Virus record (IMG/VR): IMGVR_UViG_3300049172_000141
Coordinates: 1-57,921 of that record
DNA length: 57,921 nt
Direction: 5' to 3' (one strand)
From: a virus
Lineage: Duplodnaviria > Caudoviricetes
A program made the translations under genes and the position numbers. Of the stretch, positions 45,544 through 54,659 are shown piece after piece (within the stretch, counting starts at the first letter, position 1; every line of letters begins with the position of its first letter). The notes below the pieces were generated by a model that saw only the letters and a list, made by a program, of their open reading frames with translations, was not told the DNA's origin and made no database searches.

Positions 45544-47257
45544 TCAGTCGTTTTCCGGGTTTCTCCGCTGGGCGAGCTTGGTTCCCTTGGAGAGAGTCAC
45601 GAGTTCACTGAGAACCGATTCGATGTCCTGACCGCGGCCTGTACCGGGGAGTCCCGGCAGAGGTCCGGCGCTTGTCGCTCCCGATTTGGCGTCCTTCGAG
45701 GAGGACCCGCTTGCGGGGGCAGGCGGAGGGCTTTCCACGCCGGTGGGCGGCAATCCCGTTGTCCGCAAGATAGCGGAGGCAATTTGGGCCTTGATATATT
45801 CCAGCGCCCCGTCTTCCTTGGCCTCCGCCAGGCGCTCGTCGAAAATTTCCTGCATCTTCTCGTCGACGAACACTTCTCCCAGATCCCGCAGCGCCCCACG
45901 CTTGGATTCCAGACCGAGCGCGAGCTTCGCCTGGACCTCGTTCAATTTCACGAGTTCGTCGACCGGAAGCGGAGGCGGCCAGTCACATGTGGTGTCGTAA
46001 ACCCCGGGGTCGCGCGGGTCGATGACGAGGGGCTGTGCGTCGGAGGTCCGAATGCCCTGGGTGTCCGGGTTGTAGATGCGGGTCTCGGGCTCGTACAGGA
46101 AAAGAGTGCGCAGGATCAGTTCGTTGATCCGCCGCAGTCCCTCCGTGTAGTTGGTCTGCTTGAGCGAGTACCGCTGCATCAACGGGAAGAACTGAATAGA
46201 GAGGGCGACCCCACTGGTGTTGGAGATCGCCTGGGCCTGGCCGAGGGCTGATTCCGGGACACCGGTCAGCTCGTGCATGGACCGCTTGACCAGGTCCAGG
46301 TAAGCCAGCGGGCCGGCCAGGTCGACGCCGTTTTCCAAATTGAATACATTGGCGTCTTTGGGCAAGCCTCCCCAAATCTTGCGGGCGCCCTTCTCCAGAT
46401 TGCTCGCCTTGGCACCGGTGATGATGGTCACAGGGGCCGAGTGATAGTTGACGATGTCCGAGATTTCGGTGGCCTTCTCGTTGAACTCGCGGTTCAACGG
46501 GATAACGTCAACGATGTCCGCCAGGCCCCACGGTGACCCGGACACAGAGATGTTCCTGATGTGCACGATCGGAATCTGACCGAGCGGGTTCTCCCGAGCG
46601 TCGAGGAGTTCGTCATTCACGTACTCCTCAATGAACTCGTCCGTGATGATCTCCGTGTACGTATACACGGCACGGGTGCCTTCAAGCGAGGTGCCCCAGA
46701 ACTTATACTTGATCTTGACGCGGAGCAGGCGGTCCCGGTCATGCGGGTGGTACTCCGGGAAAACCTGGGCACTGTTGAGCGGGAGAATGCGGACGCGGCC
46801 GACGTGGACGTTGCCGACGGGGTCAGTCCAAGCCTGCTCATAGGCGACCTTCACGAAGCAGTCACCGGAGACGCCGCCGTTCTCGCCCATCTGCCACAGC
46901 AGCGACTTCTTGTCGTTGTCGACGTTCCAGGCACGGTCCAGAAGAGCCGGCACGATGTGCTCGTACTTCTTTTCGCTCTGGAAGTGAATGCCGCGGCCGA
47001 ACGTGAAATTCGTGATGTACCGGCTGAGCGCACCGACGTAATTGATGGTGATGTTGGGCTCGCCGGCCTCCCGTTTGTAGGCCCAGTGGTAGCCCAGATA
47101 CCAGCTCCAGTGGTTGGCGTAACGGGTCAGACGAGGTCCGTGAACTTCATAATTCAAACTCCTCGTCCGCCAGCTCGACCAGGCCGAGCGGACTGACCGA
47201 GACGGTCAGGTCGCTGGCCGAGGCCCGCATGCTGGGGGATACGAAGGCGATTGACAT
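45544..47257 (-). pseudogene. Portal protein (SPP1 gp6-like), interrupted by a 7-bp insertion at about 47146-47152
   Basis: ATG 47257 reads ...ELADEEFE-L-stop; removing TTATGAA restores ...EEFEVHGPRL in frame with the 537-aa ORF. Confidence 0.75.
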
Positions 47258-47269
47258 GGCATCACCCCC

Positions 47270-47977
47270 CTACAGACCCGGGAAGGTGACGGTCGGCCCG
47301 CGCCACGGGAGCATGACCATGAAGAGGCGGGCCCCGAATTCCTGGGCCTCGGCCGTCTTGGTGCTCGCGGCCGTGCCGTAGACCTCGATGGTGGCCTGAG
47401 CGCGGTGGGACTTGCCGGCCGGCACCGTCTCCATGTGGAAGCACTGGAGGGTCTGGGCCACCCCGGAGCTGATGTCCTGGATGCGGTCGCTGTACGTGGA
47501 CGAGCCGTCGGGCCGGATCTGGAGGCGCGAGCGCAGGGGAACCGTCGTGGTGTTGTCCGTCCAGCCAACCGACATGGTGGACCACAGCAGCAGCAGGCAC
47601 GTCGAGGTCTGCGCCGGGATTTGGTACGAGAGCACGCCTGTCGGCGTCGTCTTGTTGCCGGCGATCGACCAGCCGCTGGTGCGGACCGCCACGTTTGCCC
47701 AGGGCGCGATGTTCAGTGTGGCGATCTGGCCCTGCATGGTGGTGATTTGGCCCTGCTGGGTGGACTGGGTGGCGTTGAGCGAGCCGATGGAGGCCGAGGC
47801 GTCGACCAACGTGGGGCTCAGCGGCCCGGTCGGCGCAGTGGCCCCCCCGATCACGTTCTTCAGTAGCGTGTCCAGGGGATCAGCGAGCCCGGCAAGATCC
47901 ACCGGCACGTCGGGGATCTTGCCTTCGCTCGGGATCGGCAGCTTCGCCCACGGAGTGGACTGCCCTGGGTTGGTCAC
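47270..47977 (-). CDS. Minor tail/fibre-like protein
   Basis: LPIP...PDVPVDLAGLADPLD N-terminus typical of actinophage minor tail proteins; coiled-coil linker. Confidence 0.55.
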   Translation of the reverse strand: MTNPGQSTPWAKLPIPSEGKIPDVPVDLAGLADPLDTLLKNVIGGATAPTGPLSPTLVDASASIGSLNATQSTQQGQITTMQGQIATLNIAPWANVAVRTSGWSIAGNKTTPTGVLSYQIPAQTSTCLLLLWSTMSVGWTDNTTTVPLRSRLQIRPDGSSTYSDRIQDISSGVAQTLQCFHMETVPAGKSHRAQATIEVYGTAASTKTAEAQEFGARLFMVMLPWRGPTVTFPGL

Positions 47978-47987
47978 AGGTCAGTCC

Positions 47988-48383
47988 TCAGTCCACCCGC
48001 GCGTAGTTCCGGCGCTGGTGACGGCGCTCACCCCGGTCGACGCTGGAGTACTTCAGCTCCGGCTCGCTGGCCCCCTCTGCCATCCCGGCGACGAAGGTCG
48101 GCGCCTCCGGCCAGGACGCGGAGCCGACGTGTGCACGCTCGCGCATGGTCTGCTCGGGCGGCTTCTCGAACACGTTCATGTTGTGGTTCGAGCGGCCGGG
48201 CGGAGTGCGGTACCCCTGCATGACGCCCTCGGAGAATTCGCTGGGAATGTCGCTGTCGCTTGCCACGCCTTCCTGAAAGCGCAGGGGGCCGCGGCGGGTG
48301 GGGTTGCTGGCCGTCTTCCGCTCGTAGAAGCGGTCGGCACTTTCGCGGAACTGCGGGTCCGGGGCGAGAGGGCTCTGCGCCAT
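47988..48383 (-). CDS. Hypothetical phage protein
   Basis: GGGAGG RBS; RGPLRFQEGV, ERAHVGSASW. Confidence 0.7.
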   Translation of the reverse strand: MAQSPLAPDPQFRESADRFYERKTASNPTRRGPLRFQEGVASDSDIPSEFSEGVMQGYRTPPGRSNHNMNVFEKPPEQTMRERAHVGSASWPEAPTFVAGMAEGASEPELKYSSVDRGERRHQRRNYARVD

Positions 48384-48450
48384 GGTGGCCTCCCAATTTG
48401 AGACGTCTCACCAAGGACGCTAAGCACGCCATTTTTTGCGCCGTTAATGG

Positions 48451-50004
48451 CTACCAAGGGCTGTTGTGCATCTCCGCTTCCGGCATGGCGATATCGGCCG
48501 TCAGGTAGAGGGCGTTGGCGAGGGAATCCACGTAGTCGTCGTGGGCGGCATCGACCTCGGGAGCGGCAACGATGATGTGCGGGCCCTGGTAGGTGAGTTC
48601 CGCGTCTTCCATCTGCTGCCGGAAGCGGCGCCAGTTTTTCGTCTGCCGGGTCTTCGCGTGCGCGGGCCAGATGACGAGGCCCTTGGACATGAGGTCCATC
48701 ATGTGGGCCCAGCGTTTGGTTTGGTTGGTGCGGTCGGACTTGAGGTCGACGATTTGCGCGTAGGGCATGAGGACGCGGAGTCGGCTGGCGACGACGTCGC
48801 CCAGGCCGCCGGCATCGATGCCGATGGCGAATACTGAGTAGTGGGACAGGAAATCAACGATTCGGTAGTACTGCGTCTCCCAGTCGAGGCCCGTCAAATC
48901 CAGCCAGTTCAGGACCCGGTGTTCGTAGTAGCCGTACTCGTCTGGGTAGTCCCAATTCACCCAGCACACGGTGACGACCGTGGAGTCCGCTTTCCGTGCG
49001 GGGTCGATTCCGACGACGACCGGGGTGCGGTGCCATTCCTGAACGACCCGCATCGAGACGTCGCCGAGGGCGTCGAACCGGTCGGAGGTGACCAGCATGC
49101 CCTTGTCGAGCAGCCAGATCAGCCGGTAGCTCAGTTTGAATTCGTCGGACTCCTCGCCGAGACGTTCCTTCTCGGATTCGACGAACTTCCGGTAGCGGGG
49201 GACGTGCTTGGCGACTTCCTTCCAGTCGACCTGGAAGTGGTCGGTCTTCCTGCCCTTCCTCGTCGACTCCCGCCGGTTCTTCTGGATCTGCTCGTAGAAC
49301 CCGTTTTTCGTGTAGGAGGGGGTTCCGGTGAGACACAGGGTGCCGGCCGTGGAGGAGAGCATCGGCGCGATGCTCTTGTTGAGCACCTTGTCGTCCGCGG
49401 CCTGGGCCTCGTCGATGACGACCAGGTGGTACGTCTGGCCCTCGATCTGGGCCTTCGGGTGGGCGGTCTGCTTCCTGATCAGAGACCCGCAGCGCTTGAG
49501 GCGCAGCATCTTGCCGCGGGTGATCAGCTTGTCGTCGATATCGGGATCGGCGAGGAGATCCTGGGCGCGCTCCGAGGTGAGCCGGCCGGTGATGCGCGAG
49601 AACAACGTCTCGCTCATCTCGTCGGTGGGAGCGAAGACGCCGATCCACAGGCCCTCACGGAACTTGCCGAGCAGCTTGGGGAAGAGCTTGGCGAGCCGGG
49701 GGAGCATGATCGCCGCCCCGCACACGGTGTCGGCGACCGTTTCGCTCTTGCCGGACTGGCGGGACCACAGGGCCGTGATCTTGGCGGAGTCCTCGGTGAT
49801 GAGGGACTCCAGAATCCGGCGGGCAAGAGGGAGCTGGTAGGGGCGCAGCGGGTGCCCGGACAGTTCGTCGATGACCAGGATGACCTTGTCGATGATGTCC
49901 TCAATGAGGGCCTGGTCGCTGCTGTTCTTGGAGGCCGGCTCGGGCTCCTCGGGCACGCCCAGCGTCAGCTCATGGTCTGTGGCGTCGAGCGGCGTGGTCC
50001 CCAT
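48451..50004 (-). CDS. Terminase large subunit
   Basis: SRQSGKS Walker A, VIDEAQ, GTP, VGIDPA, HDDYVDS nuclease motif. Confidence 0.92.
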   Translation of the reverse strand: MGTTPLDATDHELTLGVPEEPEPASKNSSDQALIEDIIDKVILVIDELSGHPLRPYQLPLARRILESLITEDSAKITALWSRQSGKSETVADTVCGAAIMLPRLAKLFPKLLGKFREGLWIGVFAPTDEMSETLFSRITGRLTSERAQDLLADPDIDDKLITRGKMLRLKRCGSLIRKQTAHPKAQIEGQTYHLVVIDEAQAADDKVLNKSIAPMLSSTAGTLCLTGTPSYTKNGFYEQIQKNRRESTRKGRKTDHFQVDWKEVAKHVPRYRKFVESEKERLGEESDEFKLSYRLIWLLDKGMLVTSDRFDALGDVSMRVVQEWHRTPVVVGIDPARKADSTVVTVCWVNWDYPDEYGYYEHRVLNWLDLTGLDWETQYYRIVDFLSHYSVFAIGIDAGGLGDVVASRLRVLMPYAQIVDLKSDRTNQTKRWAHMMDLMSKGLVIWPAHAKTRQTKNWRRFRQQMEDAELTYQGPHIIVAAPEVDAAHDDYVDSLANALYLTADIAMPEAEMHNSPW

Positions 50005-50109
50005 GCCGGCGAAGCTAAAGCGGGGCAAATATGGACAGATAATCCACTTGGAGCGACCAATGCATGGAAGTCGGTAACTACCTATGCGTTAGACGGCTAG
50101 GGTCCCCCC

Positions 50110-51135
50110 ATGTCCACCAGCACCGCCCCGCCCGCTTGGGCCGACCGCAACCGCCGCTCACGCAACACCGATTGGGACCTGCCGACCTTCATCGACCGCT
50201 GGCAGGGCCAGATCAAGAACGCCGGGACGCTGCGGAAATACGGCCCCTACTTCGACCTCTTCGTGACATGGATGGAGCGCTACAGCGATCATCGCGACAT
50301 CGGCATGGTCAGAGACGCCGACGTGGCCGAGCTGGAGGACTACTTCGACTACCTACAGAGCCCGCACTGGGACGGCCACCCTGGCGACTGCGTCACCGAG
50401 TGCGTCAGCCTGCCCTACGACACACCCAGCCTGAAGGCCAAGTACGACGCCCTCTCCAGCGCCTTCAACTACGCCAGCGTCCATCAGATCCGCGGCACCA
50501 ATCCCGTCCGGGCCATCAAGCTCGAAAAACGGCAGCGCAAAATGCGCACCGTCCTGCTGCCCTGGGAAATCGACGACGTCATGCGTGCGGCCCGCGCCGT
50601 CTCACTCCGGGCGCAAGTCACCAACGGCTACGCCCACGGCTGCGGCATGCGGTGCGAAGAGATCGAGAACGTGGACGTCGAGCGGTTCTACGACGTCCCC
50701 CGCGGCCGAATGCTCCGCTTCCGCCGCAAGGGCGGCGGCTGGGCTGACATCGACATCCCCCGCCGTCTCGCCGCGGCGACGGACGAGTACCTCAAGGGCC
50801 GCACCGAGGGACCCCTGATCATGTCGGAAGGCCGGCGTACCCGGAACCCGCTCACCGGCGAGCTGGAGCACACCCGGCTCGACGCCTCCGGCATCTACCG
50901 CATGGTCCAGGCCGCTGGCGCCGCCTGCGGCTTCAGTATCGGCCCCCACGACGGCCGGGCGACGGCGATCACCCTCGCCCTCGTCGATCCGGCCCAGCCC
51001 AGCCACGACCGCGTCATGGCCTACTTCGGACACAGCGACTTCGCCACCACGATGATCTACCGCCACGCGTCCCGGCTCCCGGCTGGCCACCACCGCAACC
51101 CCTGGGGAATCGACTGGAAGACGCAGGCCCCGTAA
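50110..51135 (+). CDS. Tyrosine recombinase/integrase
   Basis: GMRCEE (R), RKGG (K), HDGR, FGHSD, TTMIY catalytic set. Confidence 0.9.
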   Translation: MSTSTAPPAWADRNRRSRNTDWDLPTFIDRWQGQIKNAGTLRKYGPYFDLFVTWMERYSDHRDIGMVRDADVAELEDYFDYLQSPHWDGHPGDCVTECVSLPYDTPSLKAKYDALSSAFNYASVHQIRGTNPVRAIKLEKRQRKMRTVLLPWEIDDVMRAARAVSLRAQVTNGYAHGCGMRCEEIENVDVERFYDVPRGRMLRFRRKGGGWADIDIPRRLAAATDEYLKGRTEGPLIMSEGRRTRNPLTGELEHTRLDASGIYRMVQAAGAACGFSIGPHDGRATAITLALVDPAQPSHDRVMAYFGHSDFATTMIYRHASRLPAGHHRNPWGIDWKTQAP

Positions 51136-51159
51136 AGCCCGCATCGAATATCGCGGGAA

Positions 51160-51206
51160 AACCCTCCCCTCCTACGGTCAAAGGACCGGCCCCGGAAGGG
51201 AGGGTT
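51160..51206 (+). promoter_or_regulatory. Hairpin covering KTSC-gene RBS, with internal -10 TACGGT
   Basis: aaccctccc / gggagggtt; TACGGT at 51173-51178. Confidence 0.5.
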
Positions 51207-51210
51207 ATTC

Positions 51211-51594
51211 ATGCCCCTGCACGGATTCAGCGACGACGAAATCCGCGAGTACATCCTCAGCTCGCGCGAGCAGCTCGGCCCCCGCAAGTTCGCGGCCCTC
51301 GTACGCGCCTTCCACATGGGTGATGACCAGATGCTGCTCACCCAGCGGCCCACCAATACCTCGAATCCGCCGAGGCCGCGGACCGTGGCCGCCGGCTACG
51401 ACTACAAGAGCAAGACGATGTTCGTCCGCTTCCGCGGCGAGAGGATTGCTCCCGGCCTGTACCGGGATGGCGTGGGCTACGAGTACTACAACGTCACCCG
51501 CCGCGAGTGGGACAGGTTCCGCAACGCAGGCTCGCCCGGCCGGATGATCAACACCCACTTCAACAACAAGCCGTACTCGCCGGCCGCTTGGTGA
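51211..51594 (+). CDS. KTSC-domain protein
   Basis: GYD...MFVRF...YEYYNV...F..AGSPGRMIN. Confidence 0.8.
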   Translation: MPLHGFSDDEIREYILSSREQLGPRKFAALVRAFHMGDDQMLLTQRPTNTSNPPRPRTVAAGYDYKSKTMFVRFRGERIAPGLYRDGVGYEYYNVTRREWDRFRNAGSPGRMINTHFNNKPYSPAAW

Positions 51595-51902
51595 CGCGCA
51601 TGCTCGTCACGACCACCCGCTGCCGGCGCGACTGGCCCCGCCGCTACCGGACCTACCACCAGGAGACGGAGCCGCCCTACCGGCGGGCCGAGACCGTCAC
51701 CGTCTACAGGCTCGGCACCCTCGGCCTCGTCGTCGGCCGCTGGACCTCCCGCGCCAAGGACGAGCACCAGGCCCTCACGGACGCCCTCAGTGCCCGCCCC
51801 GCGTCCGTCCTCAGCTCCGAGGGCCATCTCCTGCCCAACTACCGCCGCAACTCCCCGGAGGGCCAGCCGTGTTCACCCGACGCATCGAAGACCAGCTCCT
51901 GA
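51591..51902 (+). CDS. Hypothetical protein
   Basis: GTGA overlap with KTSC gene. Confidence 0.5.
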   Translation: MTRMLVTTTRCRRDWPRRYRTYHQETEPPYRRAETVTVYRLGTLGLVVGRWTSRAKDEHQALTDALSARPASVLSSEGHLLPNYRRNSPEGQPCSPDASKTSS

Positions 51903-52090
51903 ACGACGCTCGTCGGCGGATCGCCAAGATGACCCCCGACGCAGCCCGGGAATACAGCATCACGGTGTGGGCCTACGGCATGCGGGTGGCGGAGAACCCC
52001 AGCGAACACAAAGAGGACGACCTGGGCGAGTGGGATGTCGCCCTGGCCGTCCTCCAAGCCGTCCGCGAGAAGATCGCTGACGCTGCCTAG
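51869..52090 (+). CDS. Hypothetical protein
   Basis: GGAGG RBS, GTG start, 73 aa. Confidence 0.55.
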   Translation: MFTRRIEDQLLNDARRRIAKMTPDAAREYSITVWAYGMRVAENPSEHKEDDLGEWDVALAVLQAVREKIADAA

Positions 52091-52119
52091 CAGCGGAGTG
52101 CCGACAGGGAAGCATCGGG

Positions 52120-53229
52120 TTAGGAGGTAACGCGGCGCGTCAGTTCGCGAAGCTGGCGGCCGGTGGTAGCGATGTCGTATCGGCGTGCGTTATTGAAAGC
52201 CACCTTGGTCAGGGCATTGCGCCGGTGGAAGTCCCGGCCCATCTCGTCTAGGGCCACAGCCAGCGAGCGCGGGTCGCCAGGAGTGTAGGCCACGCCAGCG
52301 CCCCCGAGGATTTCCCTCACACCGGGAAGATCTGAGTAGACAACCGGAAGTCCGTGGGCTTGAGCCTCGATGAGGACGAGTCCGAAAGCCTCCAGACCCG
52401 TGGTGGTGAAGACCCAGGCGTCGAAGTTCGGCAGGCGGCGCCACAGTTCGGCGCGGGGCAGGAACGGATCAAAATGGACCCGATCCCGCAGCCCGAGTTC
52501 GATAGCCCGCTGTTCCAGATGCTCCCGTAGGGGGCCTTTGCCGATCACGGTCAAGTGGTGCGGCTGATCGGTCGATGTGAGGGCTTCGACGGCGGTGATC
52601 GTGGATTTGTTGTCGTCCAGGCGACCGGCCTGCACCAGAGACAGGGGTCCAGTCCCTGCGGACGGCTGATTGCGTACATGGGCATCGGCCAGGCGGATAC
52701 CCCACGGGATGATGACGATGCGGTCGGTGAACCGGCGCCCGGTGAGGCGGTCGATGCGGTCGGCGAGGACGGAGGTCGGGGTGACGATCGCGGCGCTGGC
52801 GCCGGCGACTTCGAGCACCGCCTCGTGTTCCGCGGTGTTGCGCTCGGCTGCCATCACTTCGGGGCCGTGAGCGATGGAGATGATCGGGATGGTGCCGGCG
52901 GTGCGACTGAGCGCGAGGCTGAGTGCGAACCCGACGTTCTGGGCGTGGATGGCGTCCGGTCGGATCTGCTCGATGAGCGTCCCTACCTCTTGCGTCAGCT
53001 CGTCCACGTATGTGTCGAAGCCGGGTCCCTGGGGTCGTTTCGTCGTGGAGAGAGGGATCAGGTGATCGAACGCGGTCTTCCACACCTGATGGACCGGTGC
53101 CCGGCCGAGGAAGGTCGTATGGGTCTCGGGCATGGCGCGGTAGAGGTCACCGACGAGGATCATGCTGCCGGACGAAGGCTCGGACGTGCGGTTGATGCCG
53201 GTGAGGATCGTCAAGGGCTTCGTGGTCAC
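52120..53229 (-). CDS. Glycosyltransferase family 4 (GT-B)
   Basis: GRLDDNK, IGKGP, EAFGLVLIEAQAHGLPVV. Confidence 0.9.
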   Translation of the reverse strand: MTTKPLTILTGINRTSEPSSGSMILVGDLYRAMPETHTTFLGRAPVHQVWKTAFDHLIPLSTTKRPQGPGFDTYVDELTQEVGTLIEQIRPDAIHAQNVGFALSLALSRTAGTIPIISIAHGPEVMAAERNTAEHEAVLEVAGASAAIVTPTSVLADRIDRLTGRRFTDRIVIIPWGIRLADAHVRNQPSAGTGPLSLVQAGRLDDNKSTITAVEALTSTDQPHHLTVIGKGPLREHLEQRAIELGLRDRVHFDPFLPRAELWRRLPNFDAWVFTTTGLEAFGLVLIEAQAHGLPVVYSDLPGVREILGGAGVAYTPGDPRSLAVALDEMGRDFHRRNALTKVAFNNARRYDIATTGRQLRELTRRVTS

Positions 53230-54641
53230 GCGGAGATCCCCTCGATGGATGACCGGTGGGCGGGAACCGAGGACGGGGCACTACGGTCCATCGTGACCTG
53301 CGGATCAGTAGTGATCATCCGTCCGCGGTTGCGAGGGGGCGCCCACCACGACGCCAGGTGCGGCGTGAGGACCGCGGTGATCTCCTGGGCTGGGTGCAGG
53401 AAGCCCCTGCTGTCCTGCCTTGCCGTCCACGCCCTGACGGCCGACCGGGGGTAAACGGGGTGTATCCCGATCTCGCCCTTGGGGAGGATGCCGTTGAAGG
53501 GCGTGGGAATGCCCTCGTGGTTCCAGTAGTCCCAAGCCTCCAGCGCCTTGGCCTTCTCGAAGCAGTGGTAGAGCTGCCGATAGCGCGGCATGTACCGGAC
53601 CTCGCGAAAGATCATCTGCCCGATCAGTCCCGGCGCGACGTACCGGAGCGCGCTGAGATCAATGCCCCGGAATGTCACCGTGGCCGCGTCCTGGGACGGG
53701 TGCAGCGCGATCCGGGCGAACAGGTGCGACAGTCGCCGCCGCACGTACTCGGCGACTCCCGGAGCGAGCGCCGGTTCCACGCCGGCGATGAGCTGGACGA
53801 GCTGCTGGTGGCGCGGATGGAAGCGAGCCAGGTCGAACAACCGGTGCATGCCATCCACGGCGGCGAACGCGAGTCGCTTGTACAGCCAGTTGTTCAGCTC
53901 TCCGACCTGGGCGTAGCCCTTGGTCTCCGGAGTCCTGGAGTGGAGCATCAGGTACTCGGACAAGACCTCGAAGTACAGGTAGCCGAGAAACGGGACGGAG
54001 GGCACGGCAGCGGCCAACTGGTCGATGAACTCGGGGGCCGCCGTGGCGCGGCCGACTGCGTTGCGCAGAGCCGTGTCGAGGAATCCGGCCGCGGCGCCCA
54101 GTCCGGCCAGCACGACATGTTCGAGCTGGTCGTTCTCGGCCCGGGTGAGAAAGCTCCGGTAGCGCAGGTAGGTACGCAGGTGGATGGCGCCGAGATGCAG
54201 ATAATCCACACCCTTGGTTGGAATCGGAGCGTCCGGGATGACCTCGAAGATCATGGGCGTGGTGTCGGGCTTCGTCTGCATCAGGTAGGCGCCGAGGTTG
54301 TGCGGACGCATTCCTTCACGCTGACGTACCAGAGGGGCGCAGTACAGGGCTCCGACCAGGCACCCGGTGGAGACGTGTAGCTCACCGCTGGTGCGGATCG
54401 CGGCGATGTCCTTGGTGGTGTGCAGCAGGTACATGGGCCGGCCGCTGGTGAGCGCTTCCGCCATCGCGCTGTGCTGGATCAGCCAGCCGTTCGGGGTGTC
54501 ACCTTCCAGGTAGCGGCGCCAGTCGCCCTCGCTCTCGGCCAACGAGGCAGGAGCGGGGCGCTGCGCGGGCCGGGCATAGTCCGTGTGGACGTGCTCCCAC
54601 TCTTCACGCAAGGGAACTCCAGGGGTTGAAGTCAGCGGCAA
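53226..54641 (-). CDS. Uncharacterised 460-470 aa protein, possible ADP-ribosyltransferase-fold N-terminal domain
   Basis: GTGA-coupled to GT4; LLHTT...IRTSGEL...GALY; alternative start TTG 54611 with GGAG. Confidence 0.7.
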   Translation of the reverse strand: MPLTSTPGVPLREEWEHVHTDYARPAQRPAPASLAESEGDWRRYLEGDTPNGWLIQHSAMAEALTSGRPMYLLHTTKDIAAIRTSGELHVSTGCLVGALYCAPLVRQREGMRPHNLGAYLMQTKPDTTPMIFEVIPDAPIPTKGVDYLHLGAIHLRTYLRYRSFLTRAENDQLEHVVLAGLGAAAGFLDTALRNAVGRATAAPEFIDQLAAAVPSVPFLGYLYFEVLSEYLMLHSRTPETKGYAQVGELNNWLYKRLAFAAVDGMHRLFDLARFHPRHQQLVQLIAGVEPALAPGVAEYVRRRLSHLFARIALHPSQDAATVTFRGIDLSALRYVAPGLIGQMIFREVRYMPRYRQLYHCFEKAKALEAWDYWNHEGIPTPFNGILPKGEIGIHPVYPRSAVRAWTARQDSRGFLHPAQEITAVLTPHLASWWAPPRNRGRMITTDPQVTMDRSAPSSVPAHRSSIEGISA

Positions 54642-54659
54642 ACCAGGGGAGTTCGGGAG

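Larger units (their letters stand above)
1..52090. mobile_element. Large myovirus-type prophage or phage-plasmid, probably defective; left end outside window, right boundary approximate
   Basis: Contiguous replication, contractile-tail, head, terminase and tyrosine-recombinase genes; no att site identified. Confidence 0.9.

Noticed and set aside
50000-52120. attL/attR or tRNA integration site
   Set aside because: No tRNA-like fold or long direct repeat identifiable within the window.
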